NCBI GenBank assembly: GCA_043228905.1
Contig: JBHGNT010000032.1
Span: 248,001 to 312,000, forward strand
DNA length: 64,000 bases
Direction of reading: 5' to 3'
Source of the DNA: Azolla caroliniana
Taxonomy: Eukaryota > Plantae > Polypodiophyta
Below are positions 15,001 through 30,000 of this stretch, in pieces. How positions within the stretch are numbered: the first letter of the stretch is position 1; each line of letters opens with the position of its first letter. The notes under the pieces are model-generated. The model did not search any database. It saw nothing but the letters and a program-made list of their open reading frames with translations, and was not told where the DNA came from. Position numbers and translations under genes: made by a program.

Positions 15001-18000
15001 GTTGGCTTCGATTCGCATGTTTGAACACAAAAATCCGATATCACACGAGCCAGGTATGAACATTTTAATTTACTCAAGGGCTCCTCTCAACTCCCTCCTC
15101 AAGTTTGCTATTTTCGTCATGTCTCTCGACCTGAGTTTCAAAATCTTGATTTTTTAATTCCATATCATAGCTAGCGTTTCAAGCTTCGATTTGCATGTTT
15201 GAACACAAAAATCCGATATCACACGAGCCAGGTATGAACATTTTAATTTACTCAAGGGCTCCTCTCAACTCCCTCCTCAAGTTTGCTATTTTCGTCATGT
15301 CTCTCGACCTGAGTTTCAAAATCTTGATTTTTTAATTCCATATCATAGCTAGCGTTTCAAGCTTCGATTTGCATGTTTGAACACAAAAATCGGATATCAC
15401 ACGAGCCAGGTATGAACATTTTAATTTACTCAAGGGCTCCTCTCAACTCCCTCCTCAAGTTTGCTATTTTCGTCATGTCTCTCGACCTGAGTTTCAAAAT
15501 CTTGATTTTTTAATTCCATATCATACCTCAGGTAGTTGGCTTCGATTCGCATGTTTGAACACAAAAATCCGATATCACACGAGCCAGGTATGAACATTTT
15601 AATTACTTAAGGGCTCCTCTCAACTCCCTCCTCAAGTTTGCTATTTTCGTCATGTCTCTCGACCTGAGTTTGAAATTCTTGATTTTTTAATTCCATATCA
15701 TAGCTAGCGTTGTTAGCTTCGATTTGCATGTTTGAACACAAAAATCCGATATCACACGAGCCAGGTATGAACATTTTAATTTACTCAAGGGCTGTTCTCA
15801 ACTCCGTCCTCAAGTTTGCTATTTTCGTCATGTCTCTCGACCTGGGTTTCAAAATCTTGATTTTTTAATTCCATATGATAGCTAGCGTTGTTGGCTTCGA
15901 TTCGCATGTTTGAACACAAAAATCCGATATCACACGAGCCAGGTATGAACATTTTAATTTACTCAAGGGCTCCTCTCAACTCCCTCCTCAAGTTTGCTAT
16001 TTTCGTCATGTCTCTCGACCTGAGTTTCAAAATCTTGATTTTTTAATTCCATATCATAGCTAGCGTTTCAAGCTTCGATTTGCATGTTTGAACACAAAAA
16101 TCCGATATCACACGAGCCAGGTATGAACATTTTAATTTACTCAAGGGCTCCTCTCAACTCCCTCCTCAAGTTTGCTATTTTCGTCATGTCTCTCGACCTG
16201 AGTTTCAAAATCTTGATTTTTTAATTCCATATCATAGCTAGCGTTTCAAGCTTCGATTTGCATGTTTGAACACAAAAATCGGATATCACACGAGCCAGGT
16301 ATGAACATTTTAATTTACTCAAGGGCTCCTCTCAACTCCCTCCTCAAGTTTGCTATTTTCGTCATGTCTCTCGACCTGAGTTTCAAAATCTTGATTTTTT
16401 AATTCCATATCATACCTCAGGTAGTTGGCTTCGATTCGCATGTTTGAACACAAAAATCCGATATCACACGAGCCAGGTATGAACATTTTAATTACTTAAG
16501 GGCTCCTCTCAACTCCCTCCTCAAGTTTGCTATTTTCGTCATGTCTCTCGACCTGAGTTTGAAATTCTTGATTTTTTAATTCCATATCATAGCTAGCGTT
16601 GTTAGCTTCGATTTGCATGTTTGAACACAAAAATCCGATATCACACGAGCCAGGTATGAACATTTTAATTTACTCAAGGGCTGTTCTCAACTCCGTCCTC
16701 AAGTTTGCTATTTTCGTCATGTCTCTCGACCTGGGTTTCAAAATCTTGATTTTTTAATTGCATATGATAGCTAGCGTTGTTGGCTTCGATTTGCATGTTT
16801 GAACACAAAAATCCGATATCACACGAGCCAGATATGAACATTTTAATTTACTCAAGGGCTCCTCTCAACTCCCTCCTCAAGTTTGCTATTTTCGTCATGT
16901 CTCTCGACCTGAGTTTCAAAATCTTGATTTTTTAATTCCATATCATAGCTAGCGTCGTTAGCTTCGATTTGCATGTTTGAACACAAAAATCCGATATCAC
17001 ACGACCCAGGTATGAACATTTTAATTTACTCAAGGGCTGTTCTTAACTCACTCCTCAAATTTGCTATTTTCGTCATGTCTCTCGACCTGAGTTTCAAAAT
17101 CTTGATTTTTTAATTCCATATCAAAGCTCGCGTTGTTGGCTTCGATTCGCATGTTTGAACACAAAAATCCGATATCACACGAGCCAGGTATGAACATTTT
17201 AATTTACTCAAGGGCTCCTCTCAACTCCCTCCTCAAGTTTGCTATTTTCGTCATGTCTCTCGACCTGGGTTTCAATATCTTGATTTTTTAATTCCATATG
17301 ATAGCTAGCGTTGTTGGCTTCGATTCGCATGTTTGAACACAAAAATCCGATATCACACGAGCCAGGTATGAACATTTTAATTTACTCAAGGGCTCCTCTC
17401 AACTCCCTCCTCAAGTTTGCTATTTTCGTCATGTCTCTCGACCTGAGTTTCAAAATCTTGATTTTTTAATTCCATATCATAGCTAGCGTTTCAAGCTTCG
17501 ATTTGCATGTTTGAACACAAAAATCCGATATCACACGAGCCAGGTATGAACATTTTAATTTACTCAAGGGCTCCTCTCAACTCCCTCCTCAAGTTTGCTA
17601 TTTTCGTCATGTCTCTCGACCTGAGTTTCAAAATCTTGATTTTTTAATTCCATATCATAGCTAGCGTTTCAAGCTTCGATTTGCATGTTTGAACACAAAA
17701 ATCGGATATCACACGAGCCAGGTATGAACATTTTAATTTACTCAAGGGCTCCTCTCAACTCCCTCCTCAAGTTTGCTATTTTCGTCATGTCTCTCGACCT
17801 GAGTTTCAAAATCTTGATTTTTTAATTCCATATCATACCTCACGTAGTTGGCTTCGATTCGCATGTTTGAACACAAAAATCCGATATCACACGAGCCAGG
17901 TATAAACATTTTAATTTACTCAAGGGCTCCTCTCAACTCCCTCCTCAAGTTTGCTATTTTCGTCATGTATCTCGACCTGAGTTTGAAATTCTTGATTTTT

Positions 18001-21000
18001 TAATTCCATATCATAGCTAGCGTTGTTAGCTTCGATTTGCATGTTTGAACACAAAAATCCGATATCACACGACCCAGGTATGAACATTTTAATTTACTCA
18101 AGGGCTGTTCTCAACTCACTCCTCAAATTTGCTATTTTCGTCATGTCTCTCGACCTGAGTTTCAAAATCTTGATTTTTTAATTCCATATCATAGCTCGCG
18201 TTGTTGGCTTCGATTCGCATGTTTGAACACAAAAATCCGATATCACACGAGCCAGGTATGAACATTTTAATTTACTCAAGGGCTGTTCTCAACTCCGTCC
18301 TCAAGTTTGCTATTTTCGTCATGTCTCTCGACCTGGGTTTCAAAATCTTGATTTTTTAATTGCATATGATAGCTAGCGTTGTTGGCTTCGATTTGCATGT
18401 TTGAACACAAAAATCCGATATCACACGAGCCAGATATGAACATTTTAATTTACTCAAGGGCTCCTCTCAACTCCCTCCTCAAGTTTGCTATTTTCGTCAT
18501 GTCTCTCGACCTGAGTTTCAAAATCTTGATTTTTTAATTCCATATCATAGCTAGCGTTTCAAGCTTCGATTTGCATGTTTGAACACAAAAATCCGATATC
18601 ACACGAGCCAGGTATGAACATTTTAATTACTTAAGGGCTCGTCTCAACTCCCTCCTCAAGTTTGCTATTTTCGTCATGTCTCTCGACCTGAGTTTCAAAA
18701 TCTTGATTTTTTAATTCCATATCATACCTCACGTAGTTGGCTTCGATTCGCATGTTTGAACACAAAAATCCCTCCTCTAGTTTGCTATTTTCGTCATGTC
18801 TCTCGACCTGAGTTTGAAATTCTTGATTTTTTAATTCCATACCATAGCTAGCGTTGTTAGCTTCGATTTGCATGTTTGAACACAAAAATCCGATATCACA
18901 CGAGCCAGGTATGAACATTTTAATTTACTCAAGGGCTCCTCTCAACTCCCTCCTCAAGTTTGCTATTTTCGTCATGTATCTCGACCTGAGTTTGAAATTC
19001 TTGATTTTTTAATTCCATATCATAGCTAGCGTTGTTAGCTTCGATTTGCATGTTTGAACACAAAAATCCGATATCACACGACCCAGGTATGAACATTTTA
19101 ATCTACTCAAGGGCTCCTCTCAACTCCCTCCTCAAGTTTGCTATTTTCGTCATGTATCTCGACCTAAGTTTGAAATTCTTGATTTTTTAATTCCATATCA
19201 TAGCTAGCGTTGTTAGCTTCGATTTGCATGTTTAAACACAAAAATCCGATATCACACGACCCAGGTATGAACATTTTAATCTACTCAAGGGCTCCTCTCA
19301 ACTCCCTCCTCAAGTTTGCTATTTTCGTCATGTCTCTCGACCTGAGTTTCAAAATCTTGATTTTTTAATTCCATATCATAGCTAGCGTTTCAAGCTTCGA
19401 TTTGCATGTTTGAACACAAAAATCGGATATCACACGAGCCAGGTATGAACATTTTAATTTACTCAAGGGCTCCTCTCAACTCCCTCCTCAAGTTTGCTAT
19501 TTTCGTCATGTCTCTCGACCTGAGTTTCAAAATCTTGATTTTTTAATTCCATATCATAGCTAGCGTTTCAAGCTTCGATTTGCATGTTTGAACACAAAAA
19601 TCGGATATCACACGAGCCAGGTATGAACATTTTAATTTACTCAAGGGCTCCTCTCAACTCCCTCCTCAAGTTTGCTATTTTCGTCATGTCTCTCGACCTG
19701 AGTTTCAAAATCTTGATTTTTTAATTCCATATCATACCTCAGGTAGTTGGCTTCGATTTGCATGTTTGAACACAAAAATCGGATATCACACGAGCCAGGT
19801 ATGAACATTTTAATTTACTCAAGGGCTCCTCTCAACTCCCTCCTCAAGTTTGCTATTTTCGTCATGTCTCTCGACCTGAGTTTCAAAATCTTGATTTTTT
19901 AATTCCATATCATAGCTAGCGTTTCAAGCTTCGATTTGCATGTTTGAACACAAAAATCCGATATCACACGAGCCAGGTATGAACATTTTAATTACTTAAG
20001 GGCTCCTCTCAACTCCCTCCTCAAGTTTGCTATTTTCGTCATGTCTCTCGACCTGAGTTTCAAAATCTTGATTTTTTAATTCCATATCATACCTCACGTA
20101 GTTGGCTTCGATTCGCATGTTTGAACACAAAAATCCCTCCTCTAGTTTGCTATTTTCGTCATGTCTCTCGACCTGAGTTTGAAATTCTTGATTTTTTAAT
20201 TCCATATCATAGCTAGCGTTGTTAGCTTCGATTTGCATGTTTGAACACAAAAATCCGATATCACACGAGCCAGGTATGAACAGTTTAATTTACTCAAGGG
20301 CTCCTCTCAACTCCCTCCTCAAGTTTGCTATTTTCGTCATGTATCTCGACCTGAGTTTGAAATTCTTGATTTTTTAATTCCATATCATAGCTAGCGTTGT
20401 TAGCTTCGATTTGCATGTTTGAACACAAAAATCCGATATCACACGACCCAGGTATGAACATTTTAATCTACTCAAGGGCTCCTCTCAACTCCCTCCTCAA
20501 GTTTGCTATTTTCGTCATGTCTCTCGACCTGAGTTTCAAAATCTTGATTTTTTAATTCCATATCATAGCTAGCGTTTCAAGCTTCGATTTGCATGTTTGA
20601 ACACAAAAATCCGATATCACACGAGCCAGGTATGAACATTTTAATTTACTCAAGGGCTCCTCTCAACTCCCTCCTCAAGTTTGCTATTTTCGTCATGTCT
20701 CTCGACCTGAGTTTCAAAATCTTGATTTTTTAATTCCATATCATAGCTAGCGTTTCAAGCTTCGATTTGCATGTTTGAACACAAAAATCGGATATCACAC
20801 GAGCCAGGTATGAACATTTTAATTTACTCAAGGGCTCCTCTCAACTCCCTCCTCAAGTTTGCTATTTTCGTCATGTCTCTCGACCTGAGTTTCAAAATCT
20901 TGATTTTTTAATTCCATATCATACCTCACGTAGTTGGCTTCGATTCGCATGTTTGAACACAAAAATCCCTCCTCTAGTTTGCTATTTTCGTCATGTCTCT

Positions 21001-24000
21001 CGACCTGAGTTTGAAATTCTTGATTTTTTAATTCCATATCATAGCTAGCGTTGTTAGCTTCGATTTGCATGTTTGAACACAAAAATCCGATATCACACGA
21101 GCCAGGTATGAACATTTTAATTTACTCAAGGGCTCCTCTCAACTCCCTCCTCAAGTTTGCTATTTTCGTCATGTATCTCGACCTGAGTTTGAAATTCTTG
21201 ATTTTTTAATTCCATATCATAGCTAGCGTTGTTAGCTTCGATTTGCATGTTTGAACACAAAAATCCGATATCACACGACCCAGGTATGAACATTTTAATC
21301 TACTCAAGGGCTCCTCTCAACTCCCTCCTCAAGTTTGCTATTTTCGTCATGTATCTCGACCTAAGTTTGAAATTCTTGATTTTTTAATTCCATATCATAG
21401 CTAGCGTTGTTAGCTTCGATTTGCATGTTTAAACACAAAAATCCGATATCACACGACCCAGGTATGAACATTTTAATCTACTCAAGGGCTCCTCTCAACT
21501 CCCTCCTCAAGTTTGCTATTTTCGTCATGTCTCTCGACCTGAGTTTCAAAATCTTGATTTTTTAATTCCATATCATAGCTAGCGTTTCAAGCTTCGATTT
21601 GCATGTTTGAACACAAAAATCGGATATCACACGAGCCAGGTATGAACATTTTAATTTACTCAAGGGCTCCTCTCAACTCCCTCCTCAAGTTTGCTATTTT
21701 CGTCATGTCTCTCGACCTGAGTTTCAAAATTTTGATTTTTTAATTCCATATCATAGCTAGCGTTTCAAGCTTCGATTTGCATGTTTGAACACAAAAATCG
21801 GATATCACACGAGCCAGGTATGAACATTTTAATGTACTCAAGGGCTCCTCTCAACTCCCTCCTCAAGTTTGCTATTTTCGTCATGTCTCTCGACCTGAGT
21901 TTCAAAATCTTGATTTTTTAATTCCATATCATACCTCAGGTAGTTGGCTTCGATTCGCATGTTTGAACACAAAAATCCGATATCACACGAGCCATGTATG
22001 AACATTTTAATTTACTCAAGGGCTCCTCTCAACTCCCTCCTCAAGTTTGCTATTTTCGTCATGTATCTCGACCTGAGTTTGAAATTCTTGATTTTTTAAT
22101 TCCATATCATAGCTAGCGTTGTTAGCTTCGATTTGCATGTTTGAACACAAAAATCCGATATCACACGACCCAGGTATGAACATTTTAATTTACTCAAGGG
22201 CTGTTCTCAACTCACTCCTCAAATTTGCTATTTTCGTCATGTCTCTCGACCTGAGTTTCAAAATCTTGATTTTTTAATTCTATATCATAGCTCGCGTTGT
22301 TGGCTTCGATTCGCATGTTTGAACACAAAAATCCGATATCACACGAGCCAGGTATGAACATTTTAATTTACTCAAGGGCTGTTCTCAACTCCGTCCTCAA
22401 GTTTGCTATTTTCGTCATGTCTCTCGACCTGGGTTTCAAAATCTTGATTTTTTAATTGCATATGATAGCTAGCGTTGTTGGCTTCGATTTGCATGTTTGA
22501 ACACAAAAATCCGATATCACACGAGCCAGGTATGAACATTTTAATTTACTCAAGGGCTCCTCTCAACTCCCTCCTCAAGTTTGCTATTTTCGTCATGTCT
22601 CTCGACCTGAGTTTCAAAATCTTGATTTTTTAATTCCATATCATAGCTAGCGTTTCAAGCTTCGATTTGCATGTTAGAACACAAAAATCCGATATCACAC
22701 GAGCCAGGTATGAACATTTTAATTTACTCAAGGGCTGTTCTCAACTCCGTCCTCAAGTTTGCTATTTTCGTCATGTCTCTCGACCTGGGTTTCAAAATCT
22801 TGATTTTTTAATTGCATATGATAGCTAGCGTTGTTGGCTTCGATTTGCATGTTTGAACACAAAAATCCGATATCACACGACCCAGGTATGAACAGTTTAA
22901 TCTACTCAAGGGCTCCTCTCAACTCCCTCCTCAAGTTTGCTATTTTCTTCATGTCTCTCGACCTGAGTTTCAAAATCTTGATTTTTTAATTGCATATGAT
23001 AGCTAGCGTTGTTGGCTTCGATTTGCATGTTTGAACACAAAAATCCGATATCACACGAGCCAGGTATGAACATTTTAATTTACTCAAGGGCTCCTCTCAA
23101 CTCCCTCCTCAAGTTTGCTATTTTCGTCATGTCTCTCGACCTGAGTTTCAAAATCTTGATTTTTTAATTCCATATCATAGCTAGCGTTTCAAGCTTCGAT
23201 TTGCATGTTAGAACACAAAAATCCGATATCACACGAGCCAGGTATGAACATTTTAATTACTTAAGGGCTCCTCTCAACTCCCTCCTCAAGTTTGCTATTT
23301 TCGTCATGTCTCTCGACCTGAGTTTCAAAATCTTGATTTTTTAATTCCATATCATAGCTAGCGTTGTTAGCTTTGATTCGCATGTTTGAACACAAAAATC
23401 CGATATCATACGAGCCAGGTATGAACATTTTAATTTACTCAAGGGCTGTTCTCAACTCACTCCTCAAATTTGGTAATTTCGTCATGTCTCTCGACCTGGG
23501 TTTCAAAATCTTGATTTTTTAATTCCATATCATAGCTAGCGTTGTTGGCTTCGATTCGCATGTTTGAACACAAAATTTACTGAAGGGCTCCTCTCAACTC
23601 CCTCCTCAAGTTTGCTATTTTCGTCATGTCTCTCGACCTGAGTTTGAAATTCTTGAGTTTTTAATTCCATATCATAGCTAGCGTTGTTGGCTTCGATTAG
23701 CATGTTTGAACACAAAAATCCGATATCACACGAGCCAGGTATGAATATTTTAATTACTTAAGGGCTCCTCTCAACTCCCTCCTCAAGTTTGCTATTTTCG
23801 TCATGTCTCTCGACCTGAGTTTCAAAATCTTGATTTTTTAATTCCATATCATAGCTAGCGTTGTTAGCTTTGATTCGCATGTTTGAACACAAAAATCCGA
23901 TATCACACGAGCCAAGTATGAACATTTTAATTTACTCAAGGGCTCCTCTCAACTCCCTCCTCAAGTTTGCTATTTTGGTCATGTCTCTCGACCTGAGTTT

Positions 24001-27000
24001 CAAAATCTTGATTTTTTAATTCCATATCATAGCTAGCGTTGTTGGCTTCGATTCGCATGTTTGAACACAAAAATCCGATATCACACGAGCCAGGTATGAA
24101 CATTTTAATTTACTCAAGGGCTCCTCTCAACTCCCTCCTCAAGTTTGCTATTTTCGTCATGTCTCTCGACCTGAGTTTGAAATTCTTGATTTTTTAATTC
24201 CATATCATAGCTAGCGTTGTTAGCTTCGATTTGCATGTTTGAACACAAAAATCCGATATCACACGAGCCAGGTATGAACATTTTAATTTCCTCAGGGGCT
24301 CCTCTCAACTCCGTCCTCAATTTTGCTATTTTCGTCATGTCTCTCGACCTGAGTTTCAAAATCTTGATTTTTTAATTCCATATCATACCTCACGTAGTTG
24401 GCTTCGATTCGCATGTTTGAACACAAAAATCCGATATCACACGAGCCAGGTATGAACATTTTAATTTACTCAAGGGCTGTTCTCAACTCACTCCTCAAAT
24501 TTGCTATTTTCGTCATGTCTCTCGACCTGAGTTTCAAAATCTTGATTTTTTAATTCCATATCATAGCTAGCGTTGTTGGCTTCGATTCGCATGTTTGAAC
24601 ACAAAAATCCGATATCACACGAGCCAGGTATGAACATTTTAATTTACTCAAGGGCTCCTCTCAACTCCCTCCTCAAGTTTGCTATTTTCGTCATGTCTCT
24701 CGACCTGAGTTTGAAATTCTTGATTTTTTAATTCCATATCATAGCTAGCGTTGTTAGCTTCGATTCGCATGTTTGAACACAATAATCCGATATCACACGA
24801 GCCAGGTATGAACATTTTAATTTACTCAAGGGCTCCTCTCAACTCCCTCCTCAAGTTTGCTATTTTCGTCATGTCTCTCGACCTGGGTTTCAAAATCTTG
24901 ATTTTTTAATTCCATATCATAGCTAGCGTTGTTGGCTTCGATTCGCATGTTTGAACACAAAAATCCGATATCACACGAGCCAGGTATGAACATTTTAATT
25001 TACTCAAGGGCTCCTCTCAACTCCCTCCTCAAGTTTGCTATTTTCGTCATGTCTCTTGACCTGAGTATGAAATTCTTGATTTTTTAATTCCATATCATAG
25101 CTAGCGTTATTAGCTTCGATTCGCATGTTTGAACACAAAAATCCGATATCACACGAGCCAGGTATGAACATTTTAATTTACTCAAGGGCTCCTCTCAACT
25201 CCCTCCTCAAGTTTGCTATTTTCGTCATGTCTCTCGACCTGAGTTTGAAATTCTTGATTTTTTAATTCCATATCATAGCTAGCGTTGTTAGCTTCGATTC
25301 GCATGTTTCAAAACAAAAATCCGATATCACACGAGCCAGGTATGAACATTTTAATTTACTCAAGGGCTGTTCTCAACTCACTCCTCAAATTTGCTATTTT
25401 CGTCATGTCTCTCGACCTGAGTTTCAAAATCTTGATTTTTTAATTCCATATCATAGCTCGCGTTGTTGGCTTCGATTCGCATGTTTGAACACAAAAATCC
25501 GATATCACACGAGCCAGGTATGAACATTTTAATTTACTCAAGGGCTCCTCTCAACTCCCTCCTCAAGTTTGCTATTTTTGTCATGTCTCTCGACCTGAGT
25601 TTGAAATTCTTGATTTTTTAATTCCATATCATAGCTAGCGTTGTTGGCTTCGATTCGCATGTTTGAGCACAAAAATCCGATATCACACGAGCCAGGTATG
25701 AACATTTTAATTTACTCAAGGGCTCCTCTCAACTCCCTCCTCAAGTTTGCTATTTTCGTCATGTCTCTCGACCTGAGTTTCAAAATCTTGATTTTTTAAT
25801 TCCATATCATAGCTAGCGTTGTTAGCTTTGATTTGCATGTTTGAACACAAAAATCCGATATCACACGAGCCAGGTATGAACATTTTAATTTCCTCAGGGG
25901 CTCCTCTCAACTCCGTCCTCAATTTTGCTATTTTCGTCATGTCTCTCGACCTGAGTTTCAAAATCTTGATTTTTTAATTCCATATCATACCTCACGTAGT
26001 TGGCTTCGATTCGCATGTTTGAACACAAAAATCCGATATCACACGAGCCAGGTATGAACATTTTAATTTACTCAAGGGCTGTTCTCAACTCACTCCTCAA
26101 ATTTGCTATTTTCGTCATGTCTCTCGACCTGAGTTTCAAAATCTTGATTTTTTAATTCCATATCATAGCTAGCGTTGTTGGCTTCGATTCGCATGTTTGA
26201 ACACAAAAATCCGATATCACACGAGCCAGGTATGAACATTTTAATTTACTCAAGGGCTCCTCTCAACTCCCTCCTCAAGTTTGCTATTTTCGTCATGTCT
26301 CTCGACCTGAGTTTGAAATTCTTGATTTTTTAATTCATATCATAGCTAGCGTTGTTAGCTTTGATTCGCATGTTTGAACACAAAAATCCGATATCACACG
26401 AGCCAGGTATGAACATTTTAATTTACTCAAGGGCTCCTCTCAACTCCCTCCTCAAGTTTGCTATTTTCGTCATGTCTCTCGACCTGGGTTTCAAAATCTT
26501 GATTTTTTAATTCCATATCATAGCTAGCGTTGTTGGCTTCGATTCGCATGTTTGAACACAAAAATCCGATATCACACGAGCCAGGTATGAACATTTTAAT
26601 TTACTCAAGGGCTCCTCTCAACTCCCTCCTCAAGTTTGCTATTTTCGTCATGTCTCTTGACCTGAGTATGAAATTCTTGATTTTTTAATTCCATATCATA
26701 GCTAGCGTTATTAGCTTCGATTCGCATGTTTGAACACAAAAATCCGATATCACACGAGCCAGGTATGAACATTTTAATTTACTCAAGGGCTCCTCTCAAC
26801 TCCCTCCTCAAGTTTGCTATTTTCGTCATGTCTCTCGACCTGAGTTTGAAATTCTTGATTTTTTAATTCCATATCATAGCTAGCGTTGTTAGCTTCGATT
26901 CGCATGTTTCAAAACAAAAATCCGATATCACACGAGCCAGGTATGAACATTTTAATTTACTCAAGGGCTGTTCTCAACTCACTCCTCAAATTTGCTATTT

Positions 27001-30000
27001 TCGTCATGTCTCTCGACCTGAGTTTCAAAATCTTGATTTTTTAATTCCATATCATAGCTCGCGTTGTTGGCTTCGATTCGCATGTTTGAACACAAAAATC
27101 CGATATCACACGAGCCAGGTATGAACATTTTAATTTACTCAAGGGCTGTTCTCAACTCACTCCTCAAATTTGCTATTTTCGTCATGTCTCTCGACCTGAG
27201 TTTCAAAATCTTGATTTTATAATTCCATATCATAGCTCGCGTTGTTGGCTTCAATTCGCATGTTTGAACACAAAAATCCGATATCACACGAGCCAGGTAT
27301 GAACATTTTAATTTACTCAAGGGCTCCTCTCAACTCCCTCCTCAAGTTTGCTATTTTCGTCATGTCTCTCGACCTGAGTTTGAAATTCTTGATTTTTTAA
27401 TTCCATATCATAGCTAGCGTTTCAAGCTTCGATTCGCATGTTTCAAAACAAAAATCCGATATCACACGAGCCAGGTATGAACATTTTAATTTACTCAAGG
27501 GCTGTTCTCAACTCACTCCTCAAATTTGCTATTTTCGTCATGTCTCTCGACCTGAGTTTCAAAATCTTGATTTTTTAATTCCATATCATAGCTCGCGTTG
27601 TTGGCTTCGATTCGCATGTTTGAACACAAAAATCCGATATCACACGAGCCAGGTATGAACATTTTAATTTACTCAAGGGCTCCTCTCAACTCCCTCCTCA
27701 AGTTTGCTATTTTTGTCATGTCTCTCGACCTGAGTTTGAAATTCTTGATTTTTTAATTCCATATCATAGCTAGCGTTGTTGGCTTCGATTCGCATGTTTG
27801 AGCACAAAAATCCGATATCACACGAGCCAGGTATGAACATTTTAATTTACTCAAGGGCTCCTCTCAACTCCCTCCTCAAGTTTGCTATTTTCGTCATGTC
27901 TCTCGACCTGAGTTTCAAAATCTTGATTTTTTAATTCCATATCATAGCTAGCGTTGTTAGCTTTGATTTGCATGTTTGAACATTTTAATTTACTCAAGGG
28001 CTCCTCTCAACTCCCTCCTCAAATTTGCTATTTGCGTCATGTCTCTCGACCTGAGTTTGAAATTCTTGATTTTTTAATTCCATATCATAGCTAGCGTTGT
28101 TAGCTTCGATTTGCATGTTTGAACACAAAAATCCGATATCACACGAGCCAGGTATGAACATTTTAATTTCCTCAGGGGCTCCTCTCAACTCCGTCCTCAA
28201 TTTTGCTATTTTCGTCATGTCTCTCGACCTGAGTTTCAAAATCTTGATTTTTTAATTCCATATCATACCTCACGTAGTTGGCTTCGATTCGCATGTTTGA
28301 ACACAAAAATCCGATATCACACGAGCCAGGTATGAACATTTTAATTTACTCAAGGGCTGTTCTCAACTCACTCCTCAAATTTGCTATTTTCGTCATGTCT
28401 CTCGACCTGAGTTTCAAAATCTTGATTTTTTAATTCCATATCATAGCTAGCGTTGTTGGCTTCGATTCGCATGTTTGAACACAAAAATCCGATATCACAC
28501 GAGCCAGGTATGAACATTTTAATTTACTCAAGGGCTCCTCTCAACTCCCTCCTCAAGTTTGCTATTTTCGTCATGTCTCTCGACCTGAGTTTGAAATTCT
28601 TGATTTTTTAATTCATATCATAGCTAGCGTTGTTAGCTTTGATTCGCATGTTTGAACACAAAAATCCGATATCACACGAGCCAGGTATGAACATTTTAAT
28701 TTACTCAAGGGCTCCTCTCAACTCCCTCCTCAAGTTTGCTATTTTCGTCATGTCTCTCGACCTGGGTTTCAAAATCTTGATTTTTTAATTCCATATCATA
28801 GCTAGCGTTGTTGGCTTCGATTCGCATGTTTGAACACAAAAATCCGATATCACACGAGCCAGGTATGAACATTTTAATTTACTCAAGGGCTCCTCTCAAC
28901 TCCCTCCTCAAGTTTGCTATTTTCGTCATGTCTCTTGACCTGAGTATGAAATTCTTGATTTTTTAATTCCATATCATAGCTAGCGTTATTAGCTTCGATT
29001 CGCATGTTTGAACACAAAAATCCGATATCACACGAGCCAGGTATGAACATTTTAATTTACTCAAGGGCTCCTCTCAACTCCCTCCTCAAGTTTGCTATTT
29101 TCGTCATGTCTCTCGACCTGAGTTTGAAATTCTTGATTTTTTAATTCCATATCATAGCTAGCGTTGTTAGCTTCGATTCGCATGTTTCAAAACAAAAATC
29201 CGATATCACACGAGCCAGGTATGAACATTTTAATTTACTCAAGGGCTGTTCTCAACTCACTCCTCAAATTTGCTATTTTCGTCATGTCTCTCGACCTGAG
29301 TTTCAAAATCTTGATTTTTTAATTCCATATCATAGCTCGCGTTGTTGGCTTCGATTCGCATGTTTGAACACAAAAATCCGATATCACACGAGCCAGGTAT
29401 GAACATTTTAATTTACTCAAGGGCTGTTCTCAACTCACTCCTCAAATTTGCTATTTTCGTCATGTCTCTCGACCTGAGTTTCAAAATCTTGATTTTATAA
29501 TTCCATATCATAGCTCGCGTTGTTGGCTTCAATTCGCATGTTTGAACACAAAAATCCGATATCACACGAGCCAGGTATGAACATTTTAATTTACTCAAGG
29601 GCTCCTCTCAACTCCCTCCTCAAGTTTGCTATTTTCGTCATGTCTCTCGACCTGAGTTTGAAATTCTTGATTTTTTAATTCCATATCATAGCTAGCGTTT
29701 CAAGCTTCGATTCGCATGTTTCAAAACAAAAATCCGATATCACACGAGCCAGGTATGAACATTTTAATTTACTCAAGGGCTGTTCTCAACTCACTCCTCA
29801 AATTTGCTATTTTCGTCATGTCTCTCGACCTGAGTTTCAAAATCTTGATTTTTTAATTCCATATCATAGCTCGCGTTGTTGGCTTCGATTCGCATGTTTG
29901 AACACAAAAATCCGATATCACACGAGCCAGGTATGAACATTTTAATTTACTCAAGGGCTCCTCTCAACTCCCTCCTCAAGTTTGCTATTTTTGTCATGTC

